The notes beneath the pieces were generated by a model. The model saw nothing but the letters and a program-made list of their open reading frames with translations. It searched no databases and was not told where the DNA came from. DNA of 64,000 nucleotides from Fimbriosthenelais zetlandica (taxonomy: Eukaryota), in contig OZ365116.1 in NCBI GenBank assembly GCA_977030845.1, forward strand, positions 16,430,001 through 16,494,000. Direction: 5' to 3'. Made by a program: the position numbers and the translations under genes. How positions within the stretch are numbered: position 1 is the stretch's first letter; each line of letters opens with the position of its first letter. Of this stretch, positions 10,866-24,830 are shown in pieces.

Positions 10866-13170
10866 ACCCATCACTGAATCACCCACTCATCACTCTCACC
10901 TCCTCCTCTCCTCTCTTTCCCAGATAATCACTCCAGACACACAACTTTCAGACAACAACATTTAATTGCCTTTTTCTAATTAGAAATGCCATGGAGTCCA
11001 TCACCCTTCGCCTGCTGGGGCTTGTTTCACCAGAAAAGTTACCATTTGTGACTTTCTCAGCCATCTGAATCTGGACTGAGTTAAAAGCAGTCATCATGAC
11101 TGGCGCCTGTAGGTGCCAGTCACTGGCTTCTCATCCAGCCTCAGCTCCAGCCTGTAATTGTGGGGCAGCCCTGTGACAGGCTGTTATTGGGAGAAAGTAG
11201 TAGATTTGTGGTGGGATTAACAAGTGGAGGTGGTAGGTGGTGGTTGGTGACAATATATGTGATGTATGGCATGTTTTCATCTCAAACACGGAGTAGACTG
11301 ATATCCACTCAATTCACACACCCTTAAAACTTACTTATAAAGTAAGGGTTTTAAAGAACGGTTTCAGCATACTTTATACCAATAATATACTTATATTAAT
11401 GAGACAAATGATTAGTTCGTTATGAATTACACAAATCAAATCAGTATTTTATATGTCCTTCGTTTGTGCCTATGTCAAGGTCTGATGTAAAAGTGCAGTG
11501 TGTAGGATATTTGAGCTGGTTGTTCATTATCCGCTGATTTGATGTGAATAGAAACCAGTACCTTGGTCATTCTCTTAGCTTTACTTGATGTACTTTCACT
11601 GAAAACCTCAGACCTAAAGGACCCACTCCGCCCCGACCCCCACACACACCGACCATCATTCAGGAATCACAGTTCCTGTCAACGTCATGTTTCTTGGCCA
11701 AGAAAAATACATTCATGCACCAAAATTCTCTCCTTTTTTTCAGAAAGAAGTTTTTGGGGCCAAATTTTGCCTTAACTTTACCCACATTCTATTTAATTAT
11801 GTTGCGCTATGAGTTTATCCTAAAACGTGCCCACTGCGCAGGTTGAGGCCAGGAAAGTTTGGTATAGACGGTACATATTGTCTGCAGCGGTGCGGTATAC
11901 ATTAGTATCTTATATCCAAATCCATATCTTCAATCAGAAATGCTAATTTGAACTAGGGTTAGAAGTGTTTTCCAGTCCCGAGCTTTGCATAAAAGGGGAC
12001 TGGTGGGGTGCCTCTTGTAGGCCCCCCATGTTATGTACATATGCTCATGTGTGGCGAGTTTCTAGGTGGGTAAACATGAATACGAAACCTCTCCATGGCA
12101 ACATGTCAATAAGTCCTTGTTGGAGCAGCTTGCGTGGGGCTGGGAGACGCTCTGTCGGCCTTCTTCCCGTCTGCCAGTTGTCAGCTGGCTCATGTTCTGA
12201 CAGCTTTCAATAAAGGTCTGTGGCTGTCAACTTAGCTTCTTATATAGTCTGTGTCTGTGGTCGATTCACGTCTGTAGTTCAGGGGAAGGGCTATATATAG
12301 CCCGCATAGGGTTCTCACACTCATATCTTAAAGTTTACCTACTTCAGGACTGGACATTGTAAGTTTTACATTGTTACTCCAGATTTTCTTTTGGGGGATA
12401 CTTTTTGTTAGTCCAATTTTCGGTAGAATGTCGGTTAATCATCTCCTCAACGCGCATCTTTTTTCTGGGCTTCACCTAGGAATATGATATGAACCTCGAA
12501 TATGTTTTAGTATCCGAAACCATAGAATCTCAGAAGATTGATTGTTTTCTCTGTAAAAGCAGTAGCTATATGAAAACATTTTGACACAGATATTAGATTT
12601 CTTTGGGTAAAATATTTGCAAATGAGAAATCTATATGAACCAAGTATTCAACCCACAATACCGAGATAAAATGGTGTGCGAAAAGAGATCAAAATCCTAA
12701 GTGTTATGCTAGTTCTTTAGTAACTGAAAAATAATATTTCAAAAACAGGAATACTTTCCATGAATTTGTTTCTAGTACATTTATCTTTTATGTGGGGTTT
12801 ATCAATTCCTCATTAGATCCCTACACAGATGCTAACCACCCTGACAAGTGACTCACCTAATCATTTCACCCTATAAATACAAAGGCGACACTTGCAAATA
12901 CGATTTATGGTAAAACCAATTAGCGGGCTACCCATGGTAGAAAATCAGCCTATGAGTATGTGGCGAGGTATGGTAAGGCGGGCTTTTTTCTGGAGGCACA
13001 CCTCATTAGCCGAGGTTCAGACTAGAAGCTTAAGATCACAGACTTGTCTGCTTATTTATTCATCGTTGATACAGGCAGGCTATGGTTCAACTTAACATCA
13101 AAAGATTGTCTACCTTCTACCCTTCACACGGTCTCATTACCCATCTTAATACACGTATATAAAGGGTTAC

Positions 13171-13206
13171 ATGCACTGAGGTCTGAACCATATAAGACAG
13201 TCTTAA
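13171..13206 (+). repeat. Same short dispersed family, copy 3
   Basis: atgcactgaggtctgaaccatataagacagtcttaa. Confidence 0.55.
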
Positions 13207-16080
13207 AACTGTTCTAAAGATGCCTTTAGGCAATCCGAATGCAACATTTTGTTTATCTTGCAAAAGAGCAGCCACCTGAAAATGATGACACTGTCTGAGC
13301 TGGCATGGTCCTATATTAGAGATCTATAGAAGTCCTATGATGGCTTTGATTCTGTCTGCTCACCTCATGCCGGATAGGTAAGAGCCTTCCTGCCTCTGTA
13401 TTCCTCCATGAAGACGAAACCTGAGCAAAACGTCGCTTACCCGCTCCTTGACCGGAATAAGTTCACATTACTGGCTTTTCTAACCTCCGCTCACAAACAT
13501 CTCTGACATATTGGTTTTACATGATATTCACATCACATCTAGTCTTGGCGTTGTCAGGTAACTGACCAGCCGACGTGGATGTCTCCATACAAAGACCAAG
13601 TCCACCAAGGTCGTTATTGAAATATTCAAGCTTGAAATCTGTAACTAAAACTTAAAGTGGTCTTCCACCAACTTTCGAGTACCCCATTATTATGGAATAC
13701 AGTACCAGACAGCATACACACCCAACTCACCCACACAACCCCCACCCAGCACACACAAGACAAACACCTCCATCCAATCATCCCACCAGATTTTCATCCT
13801 CTCAGAGCCAACAGATAGCTTGGAGAGACCCAATAAAAAACCAATGATCCACCAATATTACATTAGCCCAAAGTCTTGGAATTATTTTATCATAATCCAA
13901 ACAGCCCTCAGAGCCCCACCGACAAATATCCCATTAATCCGTGGCCGAGGGACGAGGGAAGAGTTTGGTCGCTTTTCTCAAGGCACGGTTTGTGGATGGA
14001 AATCGCTGGCAGCAGATTGTTTGCATTTGCCGGCAGCCATTGTTTCTGCAGATGATCCAACGACAAGCATCTTAAAGCTGTAATCACCAGTCTTATCTCT
14101 CTCATTGCTTCTTATCTCTATATTCATTCATCTCACTGCTTCCTCCATCTCTCACTAGTCCTCACCGTCTTTGTGGGAAAGAGGAAAAAACTTACATTTT
14201 TCCTCTTCCTCCATTTCTCTGCATTTCACAGTTTGATTTTTTTGGGGAGAGGAAAAGGATTTTCATCTCCGACAGGAATTGTTTTCATAACTGTCTGATT
14301 GCGAATTAATTTTAAAATAAATCTAACCTTGGAATAAATAAACCTTTGGATTTCGGATTTAAATTCAAATGGTTTGCAAATAATTTTCTAAACCACAGGC
14401 TTTTGAAAATGAGTGTTTACGATTTCCTTTGGGTTTCCTTATCCCCTTAAATCCCCATAAACCCCTGATAACAAGTTTCTTAAGAAATCTTAAGAATGTT
14501 TAAATTTAAGACCAACTAATTAGCATTAAGTGCATTCTTAGTCAATACCACTTCTTAGAGACATTTTGAAGATGTCTCCTGTCCTTAACACCTCAATGGT
14601 TGCACGGCTTTAGGGAGGCAACATTTGAACCCATTAGTGCCCCTCACATTTCTGTCACAAAGGCCAGCATTTGGCTGTGTGCTGGGCCAAGTTCACCACC
14701 GTCAGTGCTGTCCTTCATTTGTACCGTCCAGGTCTGGACTGTTATGACCATATTAATTCCACGCCGCGCAAGACTCGGTGAGTGTGGACCTGGTGTGAGA
14801 GGTGCTTAGGTGGAAAAGCTGGGGGTAAGTGGGTGATAATAGGGGTAGGGCGGGTTTCTTACACCTCAACGCACCACCTGGTGATGGGTATTAGTGGCGC
14901 CCCCATTTAGGCACCAGGGGAAGTGGGTTTAACAATAGTGTGAGTCATCTTTGTCCATATTGATTGGGGGCGGGTGAAACGGGGAGGAAACGGGTCATGT
15001 GGGTGTTCTGGGGCTAAGGTCGGGGGGAAAGGGACATGAGGAGGAGCAAAGAAGGAGGACAGGATTCCTTAGAAGTGCATGGTTATTATAGAAAACCCCA
15101 AAACCCTGATAATAATCTCCAGAAGTTCAGGAATGTCCATGTTTCTCACATTTCTGTAATATGCCTTTACTTATGGTATTCCTGTTCTGAATTTTTCATA
15201 TGAGTGCTTGCTTAAAATCATTTTCTGCTCATTTTGAACTGACAGACTTAATTGGTATTACATGTATGATTAATCTAACCTGGTAATTCAATATCTTGGA
15301 TATTTGAAAGGGAATACAGCTTTGGCAGCATTTTGGATGTTAAATTCCTCTCCCATATTGAGCTGGACTTTTCTTGTGTTGGTGACTGAGTGAATACCAC
15401 TTTTTACAATATTTTCCTCAGTCCTCTCCCAAACCATCACCTTTTCCATCAGCACAACAACATCCACACACTTCTACCTCTGTTGTGTTGGCACTACTTT
15501 TTTCCTCGGACAAATAAAGTGATCAAACAGATGTGATGTGGCCGAATCAATACGCGCCTTGCAATGGGAATGGAATTTTACCTTATGAACCTGCGCCTCT
15601 TTTTAGCAGCAGAAAAGTAGTTCAGGAAAAGAAAAGTTATCAAGATCAATTCTGCACTTATGGGCTAGAGTGTTGAATCGGTGAGGGTCATTTTTAGAGG
15701 GGACCAGGCGACCCGCCCTGAAGCCATGTAGTGGGGGAGTGTATTATATCATTCTAGTGGAGCCTACTCACGTGTGAATTGTCCAATAATTGCCATAACT
15801 CGCACATTCATTCCCCAACATCACTGATAATCATGGCAAGTAATTCCATTGTAGTGAATCACTTTGCTGTCTCATGTTTCATAGCCGTCTCCTCCCCTCA
15901 AAGCAGCCAGACCTGCATGGCATGCGACCACAGATGTGGGTGATTAACACCCATCAATGATTTCTCCAATATTTGTTCAATTTTCTCATCTTATATGTGG
16001 CAGTGGACGCCGAGGCGAACTTCTGAGAGCGTCACGGAGAGAGGAAAAGTTTCCCTGATGTCGGAGGAGTTTGGAAAAGT

Positions 16081-16200
16081 GAAGTGGAGTGGGAAGAGGG
16101 GAAGGGATGGGGGAGGAGGAAGGCATGGGGAGGAGGGGATGTGGGAAGCTGAGATCCAGGGGAATGGGGAATACAGGATGAGCAGTTTTGTATGGGAAGG
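16081..16200. repeat. GA-rich low-complexity tract
   Basis: Purine-rich runs such as gggaagaggggaagggatgggggaggaggaagg. Confidence 0.7.
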
Positions 16201-19200
16201 TAGCAGTAAAAGTGAGGCTATTTTTACCGCCATTATCGACTGATGAACTTTTCTCTGTGAGTTATCATTACAGACCCGCTCCTCTGTCTTGATATGCTAA
16301 TTGCTGCAGCTGTCACTGAGGTTTAACTCAGATCAAAGCTGATAAGGAAAGTGAGCATGTCAGTGAGTGACAGTAAGGAGCAGTTTCCCTTCTCTCATCT
16401 CTCTGTCTCAGACACCCCCCTCCACCAACACACCCATCCATCCATCGATTACTCAAAACAACAGGATGTTGGCACGTTTGGTCAGAATTGACACGACTTT
16501 CCGTCGGCATCCCGACATACTGTCCAGCGGCGGTGCGGGGCGAGCAGCTAACGAGCAATCATTGTCAGGTGACTGTTCTAGGAGCAGCTCAAGGTGTTTG
16601 CCATACATGTAATTACCTCCAGCCTTGGATATAGATGCCCAACGCCAGACCTAATCCGACCCCACATCAAATTTGCCCAAGCGGGACATTTCCGAAAGGA
16701 AGAAGGTTGTCAGGGCCGGAAGCTGAAAAGACGGGCCTGGCTGGCGGGTCCTGGCTGTCCCGGGTCTCACAAGTAGTGAGTGAAAAAACTCATAGAAATA
16801 TGTTCTTCATGTGCTAGATTGAGCTACTCTTAGATTATAAGCTATTAGGTATAAAAGTATGCATAAACAAGATAGCCAACCGTTTGGTTGGAAAGTGTAT
16901 TGTGCTCGATCAATGGCACAGTTGGCTCAGTGTGCCTGAACCTTACCGGTTTTCAGCCCAGGGCTGACTAAGTGTCCTATGGGGACTAAAACTCATCCAC
17001 TGCCCAGTTTGCACCCCTTGTTTCCCTTCACCCCTGGGGAACCCACACCCCCCGGCAAGCCGCCCCCACTGCCCACAAGCCCCTGAAACATTCCTCGTCT
17101 GGTGGCATCACAACCCCAAGCCAGGCCTGAAGGAGATCCCCAGTGCAATCCTAGCCCGTCTCAGGGCTGAACAAGCCCCCAAACTACTCACCGACAAGAC
17201 ACTTTTCATCGATGTATTTGGCCACAACTGTCTGACTAACTGCTGGCTGGAATTACCCTGTGCTTTGTGGGGACTTGGCTCGACCATTGGTCACTCTGTG
17301 CACTAACCAGCCATCTCATTCCACTACTTGCCTTGACCATTGGTCACTGCGCCCTGCCCTGACGTCTCGTTTGACCAGTGATTTTCCCTCTTTTGTCGTT
17401 TCGCCTTTATAACCGTACCCCTCAATTGATACATTTTAGTGAACCCCAGTTTCTCCACCATTTGCCTCATTCAACCAGCTATAACTGCCACGTACATTTC
17501 TTTTCTGTTGCACTTCTCTTGGTATTTATTTTACCAGACAAGCGCCCTCGATTGTTGCAGCCCAGTCCTGATTTTTGCCCTCAATGTTTACGTATTGAAC
17601 CTTTCTTTTTTCTTGCTGGTTGCTCGTAAAAGTTGGACTGAGACTAGCCATGCTGCTAGGTTTGGTCAGAATTTACATATCGTCCTATTTTAGGCACATA
17701 CCAGCTCACGGACAGTTGTGCAATTTTATGTGCAACTAATATATTCAGTGCAAGAGATTGGCTTTTCAGCCTTTAAGGCCTCACTGTTTTTTTTTATTTT
17801 AAACTTTCTTTGCCTTGCATCTGACCTTTAGGGCCATAGTAGATGTATAGCTTAAGTATTGAAGTTAGCTGGCCGATAGAAGTACTGGTCATTTGGGTGG
17901 TCAGTTGTGATGGTCCGTGGTTTGTGGTGGTCAGCTGGGGGCTGGAGGATTGGTGCCATGTTAGTTGGGGCTGGACATTGAAGCAGGCTCCACCCCTGTG
18001 TTGGTTGGGATGTGACCGGCATAAGTAAAGTATTAAATGTGTACCCTCTACTGTGAGACATCGATAAGTGACCCAGCAAACTTCTACACCATCTCAACTA
18101 TCTACATCCTCACTCTAATCCTTCTGCTCTTCCTACTGCTCCTCAACAATTGTGTGGTCAGCAATTCAGACATTTAGACATCCCTGAACCAAGTATGACA
18201 GTATAAACCATACGGATAAAAGCCAATCTCATTGATTTTTGTAGATACATGGTCATCTGCGCTGGCACAAATTCTGAATTGAGAAACACTGCCCCTTGTT
18301 TGGTGGCCCTGTTGCAAGCCCCCCCCCCCCCCCAACTTCCAGGTCGTAGTTTTAACCACTACCTTTCGCTTGCATGTTGTGATTAAACCTAGATTAAATC
18401 ACTTCAAAGGAAAACACCGAAACTTGTAACTGTGAGAATCTACAAATGATATTCTTCCCAAGTATACAACACGCAACAATTGAGGATAATGAGACACATT
18501 TTTATTATCTATTATGTTTCCGTTACACTTAGATAAATCTAGCATAAAAGCCAGGAAGAGCTAACAATGTTCTTAGGTATATTCAAATATTCATGAACAA
18601 AACATTAGTACTTATCTCAGTACTAGATTGTGAAAGCCGCACCACCTTATTAACGCTGTAACGCGCTATTAAGGCAAGAGGTCTACCCAGTCACATTAAT
18701 GACCGGGGGCTCAACGTGTTTGACCTTTCACAACTAATCTAGTGCTGAATATATAATTTATATTATATCCTTTAGGCAGAGGTACTGCGGACTGCATTAG
18801 TAGATGGGAAAAAAATCATTCAAAGGCTACCTAGAATCGCACTTAAAAAATCCCCAAGTGCATGTTACATGTATATGTCGGTAAGATCTAGGCGACATGT
18901 GCCGCCTTGTCCTTATTCCTAGAAAAAAAGGGGTAAAAAATGTAGAACACGAGTGAGTGAGATTTGGAGTGTACTAAATAAGGGATTAACTGAGCATTTG
19001 CATGACTCGCTCCCCTGAGCATTCCCGAGCTGCTCATTCCTAACGCCTTGACGTGACAGACTCAACAGAACATGCATTTAATTTGTTCAGAAAACCAGGG
19101 GAAGCATAGAAAACGCCTGAATAAATTATCAGTACGCTATCACAGAAGTGTCATACATGAAAATAAGAGAGCAATGAACCCTTATTCCTATGAATAAGTC

Positions 19201-22046
19201 TCTAAAGAGAAACAAAAATAAGACTGACAGTTCAATGAATTTTTAATTGAACATTATGGTACAAAAAGGGCTGTTATAAATCAAACTTCAGATCTACCAT
19301 GGTCTTATGGGACTGCCTGGAGAAAGTCCATCTCTTTTAAGAGCATATACATATATACATTCTGGAATGCTATCGTTAGGAATATTAAGGGCAATATATC
19401 TTAAAATATGAACTATATTATTTAATATTTCCTCATCTTTTGTTGTCACTATGAGACTGGAGTGAGCATGTGGCGTCCCACATGGGAACCTCGACTTTTA
19501 TAGTACATGTACAATCATATCAGGTGTCTTGACCTAGGCCGGCGAGGAGTAAAATATGTATCAAATATGTACAGTGAATGCCCTCCGACACCTGTCATGG
19601 TAGAGTTGAGGCCGGAAGCTGACCCTGTCCCCTGGCTTTGGCCACCCAGCCCTACCCCCTCCAGCCCCGTGAGGCTGTGCTGTCCTCCTCACTTCATCAC
19701 AAAATACCTCCACACTAATGGAACCAGTGCATTAGAGAGGAGCTCGTATTTACGGCAAAGCGAGGCAACTGATAAATGCAATTAACCCGTGTCTTAGCGA
19801 CTGCGCGGCCAAATGATAAACGCTCAGTCGACATATTTCTCAGCTTCCTGGTCAGGCAAGGACTTCCAGAGGAATTAAGCTGATGTTTTCATCAACTTTA
19901 TTTCCAACATCTGCCAAGTTGGTATTAAGTGAGTGAGTAGTATAGTGAAAAGAGGGAGTGATAATAGTGAACTGTACCCATCCCCGCAACACCCATTTAT
20001 TGAAGTCGGCCTCTCTGTGTATGAGACTCATTACATTCATGGAATACTCTTATAAATAAATTTCCTATATAGCTCCCTATATCACATGGGAGAGGATATA
20101 AGTGAACTAAAAATATTAGCGTGATTTCCCCAAGAAAATTTGAGTTGTCCCACCTTAACAATACAAGTTTCCGCCGGGGGAGATATTTCATCCATTCTGG
20201 CCTGGTGAATTACACGGTGTATTGGTGTAAATATACTGGGGGATTTGGGCGTGTTTCCCCTCTCACACCGTCCCGGGGTGGGGTTAAGTGTATCGGGGGT
20301 GTGGGGTGGGGTGATTTGAGGGATATACTCTCTCCTGGGTGGTGATATACACCCCCATGTTGAGGCTGTTATCAATATTTAATCATACCCTATCAGAGAT
20401 TTCATCAGCCATGCCTCATAAGGGATCGGGTGTTGGATAATGTAGCGGTCGATACTGCTCCTCCAATGGGGATGAAAACACAGATATGAGGTTAGTGGTT
20501 TTGATGGGGGGCTGGCACTGATATTAGTGTGACATAACATGAAGTGACAGGGTAAGAAAGTTAGCCCCACCACCCATTGATCAGGGCTAATTACAACTCC
20601 CCACCCAGCCACACCCGTCATTGTTCAATTGTTTCCCGTGGCCGTCCATCACTGATTGAAGTCGTCCAGTGAGCATGCTACTTCCCCGCCCCATTACGGT
20701 GTGGGGTATCCATGTGGAAACCCCCCTCCCCTATCTGAAATATCCCCTCACTATCAACTCCCCTCACCCCCAATCACCAATATGTCTCATCCGTTTCTGC
20801 CTCTCGCCTCACTGCCTCGCCTACCCTTTGATGTGTTGTCCCCTGCCGCAGGAAATGAAACCTCCCCTCACCATTCCCAATGTTTGTACTCAACTCTCAG
20901 CATACAGGGAACAAATTGACCAATATCACAATCTCTCCCTCCCTCCAATGTCACAACCCCTCTCTCCCTCTCCCACTCTACCTATTTGTCCTCATATTCT
21001 AACCTCTAAGGTCATTCATTTGTCCATTCATTCCCTCGCCATTATTTATGTTCAAATATTTCTTTTCAAATATTCCGTCCTCAGGGTTGAAACAACTGAC
21101 ATGAAACACTCCCAGTCGGCACAAACTCTAACCTTCCCCAAACAAGCCACTCAGTCCTCGGCGGCTAGTTGACATTTTTTACTCCAGAGGGGGTGCTGGT
21201 GGCGGCGGAGGAGTGTCAGATTTAGTGAGACCATTTCATTTCATTTTAGAGGCAATTATTTCTATGCTTCCCATAGTAGTCGATCTTCTGATTTTATCTA
21301 CCTAACCATAACTAATGATAGCACAATTCCAGTTTGTTTGAAATTTAAAACATATTTGAGGTAACTGAATGATTAATATGATGGTATGTATGATGAAGCG
21401 AGCGGTCATCGCCCGGTCAGTGCCTCGTCCTCTTTGATGTTCCCTCACCCGTGTTCCCACCACACATGTATGAGGAAACACTAAACCCCCCGCCCTGTCC
21501 ACGTCTTAATTCGCCCGCTTCTTCCCCCCTCACACTGTCCAGGTCAGACAGGAGCCAGCAGCCAGTAGGTTGATCCCATCATCCCCTCCACTGACCACCA
21601 CACTGGACAGTCCCCACGTCGGGGCACTGTTTAAATTCTGCTGATTCAAAAATATTGGCTTAAAGAGATATATATGCAGTCCATGCAGACATGGTCGAAT
21701 AGAAAGCTGTTTTCAGCGGAAACACTTTCCCTCAGTCCTTGATCCTACCCTTGAAGTAACAAATATTTCTGTGAAAACCTTTTATAGGAACATTTTTCCT
21801 AGATGTGCGTGTAGTTTCTTTAATAGATAATCATAAATGACCTTTTTCAATCTATATATATAATAACCCACGTACAAGCCCAGTGGGATACCAAGTGCCC
21901 TTGCCAGGCTTGGTTCGGCTCTGGATGGGCAACTGGCCATCCCGACTGAACTCCAGCCGAATTGATGGCTTAGAAAACTGCTGAATATAAGTATGCCGGC
22001 CATTTGGCCAATTCATAAATCTTCCCCACTGAATATATGAATGATT

Positions 22047-22131
22047 CCCAGCTTGGATCAGTTGGGTAGAGCACCAGCTTATACAGGACTTTCCTCGACC
22101 AGAAGGTCAGTGGTTCAAACCCGGAGCTGCC
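22047..22131 (+). pseudogene. tRNA-derived relic (tRNA pseudogene or SINE head)
   Basis: A-box-like tggatcagttgggtagagc (22054-22072) and B-box ggttcaaaccc (22112-22122). The D-stem gatc/gagc has one mismatch and the acceptor stem is partial (cagct/agctg). The T-stem and anticodon stem do not pair properly, so it is not a functional tRNA. Confidence 0.6.
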
Positions 22132-24567
22132 CGAGGCAGGTGTCTTTTTACCGCCTTTCCTCTCAAATCATGCTCTATATGTATGTCCTTGCCCTTATTC
22201 TGAAAATATACAGTATTGAGATGGTGGCTTGGCTCCTTTGGTTCTAATGTATGCCGTTTTCTGGACTCAATTGTTATGTCGCTGGCCCTGCTTGGTGATT
22301 CTGAGGAGGGCACAGAAAGGTTTCACTTCCACGTAAAAATATCATCAGCACTGAAGCCATCATACAAATGCAAAAAGATACAGCCAGCCACCATGTGTGC
22401 GAGGTGGAACGCTCTTAAAATATGGCTCTATCAGACTCCCAGAAAAGAATAAGGTTACAGATCACGCCCCCCACTTACAGTGGGCTCTTCTTGATCTTAA
22501 CCTGCAGGAAGGTACACGTCCAATATCTCTGATAATATTTCATCCTTTTTCACCGAGGGGGCAGTATTGAATTGGTGTGTAATAAATTACACTCCCCGTA
22601 GATGGATTGCCTTGATATCGAGTTTTAAGATGCTGTATTATCGATGGCAAAAAATGCTCTATTAAAGTTAGAGATATTTTAAGCCCACCTTGGAATATGA
22701 CAGATCGCCTTTTTAGATCAATTGTGAGTGCGGGTTGGTTGTCTGAGGGACATTTGGCGCTGGCTGTACCACAGGCTGGTCGAGTGTCATGATAAATGAT
22801 TCTGTTAAAACCAATATACCCCACAGATAAAATACTCCCTTTTAAACCTTCTTATATCAACTGGTTTCCACCCCTTTTAATTTAACTCCCCGCCTCGTCC
22901 CCGGGCTTTTCCCACTTATACCATCTTCCAATACATTTTCCTATAATTCGAATTCAACTTTTCTAACCCTAGACGGATACTCATTGGTGTAGATTTATAT
23001 TAAAGTAAACCAGTTTAAATGGACGTTGCAATATCAGTGGCTAGTTGAGCGATGTGACACAGTGCTTGACATTCATCTTGACCTGGGAGTAATCATTCAA
23101 TGAATGAAGCGTTGATAGAATCGTGCCCACCGCTTGTATCACATTCCCTCCCTGCTAGCCCACCACCCATCTCTGCCTCAAAGTTGGATTAATTTTCACC
23201 GGATGGCTGGAATATTGGTTGCTCTGGACAAGTCCATTAGGTTAGAGTCTCAGGGGAGGGAGGAAGTTGGTCAGGTTTATCTTGGGATGTCTCTCTGCAG
23301 GGTAGAGAGCGTAGAAGCCAACTGACAGCCACTTGGAGGGTCGAGCAGGAACAGGAGTAGGGACGAGAGAAAATAATAGTCTCCTCCTAATGCCTTTTTG
23401 ATGGGGAATACATATAAAATATCTTGGAGCTTTCTCTATCGTTCTCCGTCCATCCGCCTCTCTCTCTCCTTTCTCTTCTCCCTTGTCTAACTTGACCTGT
23501 CACCAGTCCTGCGGCAGATACCAAACATTTATACCTATTACCGAAAACAAACTGAGGACCAATGACAAATAGACACTGTCAGATCAGATAACAATTAGTA
23601 CAAAAGTCTTTCCGTACAGATCAGCTAGATCCGTCTTCATCCACCCAGAGTCACAAACAAACTCTATCCTTTATATCACTGTTATAAATCATGGCATCAG
23701 ATAGAGAACTTTCTTACTCAAGTTTACAGTGAAAAATTAATAACACCTGTCTCTATCACAAGGACACTCGTCTCATTTTGCATCATTTATTCTGGGAAGA
23801 ATAGTCTCGGAGGCATCTGGTAGACTATAACCATTAAGAGTTTAGGGGGAGCCAGACAGTGAGGAGCTAGTTAATGGAGCTATATCAAAGTGAGAAGCAT
23901 ATGTTGGTGTGACAGGTAATGTTTAGCCTTAATGACCGGCTCCTCCATCAGAGACAAGAGTAGCTCTAATCAGCTCACAGGTCAGCCAAAGATCAAGGTT
24001 TACCCTCCCCCCAACATGCCCTACCCTAACATCCCCTCTCCTCCAACCCCTCAAACTGATTGCCAACCCCCATTCCATCCCGGGTCAACTTCTTTCAGAT
24101 CCCTAAAAATTACATATTAATAAACCTCCCTTAGACGATACTTTTGTATCACCATGCAATCAATCTTAAAAACGCACAAAAAACACTTTAGGAAAGCCAA
24201 GGAGTTGCGTTGATGCATCGACCCACCCTTTCTCCCGCTCTCTGGTGCGCAGAGGCAGGAAACCAGTCTGAAAATGATGGATCAAGGAAGAATGAAAGAA
24301 AGGCGTTGATTGCAGAGAAAACTAGCAAAACAATCCAATATAGTCCTGATACATCAAGTTTAATTGTGTTAAGACACCCTAGTCATTGGTAATGATTAAA
24401 AAATGCCACTTAATCATTTTTGAAGTGAATATTGCACCAGAACTTAATTCAAGAGACCCCATGCAGTAATCTAATATGTTATTATTTTTTCCAAATACAA
24501 AATGGACATGAGGGTATGAATTAGAAAATACTGAATTTTGTAATTCAAGTTGCAGTGTTATGAGGGG

Positions 24568-24830
24568 TTTCCTCAGGGCATAGGGATGAGTATTATAAGG
24601 AAATGGGTTTCCTCTGGCTATTTTGGTAAGTAGTATAAGGAAAGGGTGGCTTTCTTCTGGCTATTTTGGTAAGTAGTATAAGGAAAGTGTGAGTTTCCTC
24701 AGGGTATTAGGGTAAGTAGTATAAGGAGAGGGTGGCTTTCCTCTGGCTAGTGGGGTAACAAGGATAAGGAAAGAGTGGGTTTCCTCTGGTTTTGGGGTAA
24801 GTATTATATGGAAAAGGGGTAAGTTTTCAG
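24568..24830. repeat. Minisatellite, 43-bp unit, about 6 diverged copies
   Basis: Units start at 24568, 24608, 24651, 24694, 24737, 24780 and 24824. Consensus tttcctctggctattttggtaagtagtataaggaaagggtggc. Confidence 0.92.

Noticed and set aside
12288-12303. 16-bp palindrome gggctatatatagccc
   Set aside because: About one such palindrome is expected by chance in 64 kb.
13404-13436. Penelope-tail/hammerhead-like catgaagacgaaac...aaaacgtcg
   Set aside because: The core CTGANGA is missing and the stems do not pair.
20669-21172. Longest track ORF (167 aa)
   Set aside because: Pro/Leu/Ser/Ile-rich product from C/T-rich DNA, with overlapping ORFs in other frames and no recognisable domain or splice context.
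6241-24830. Tandem arrays considered as possible CRISPR arrays
   Set aside because: Units are head-to-tail without unique spacers, there are no cas genes, and the context is a spliced eukaryotic gene.
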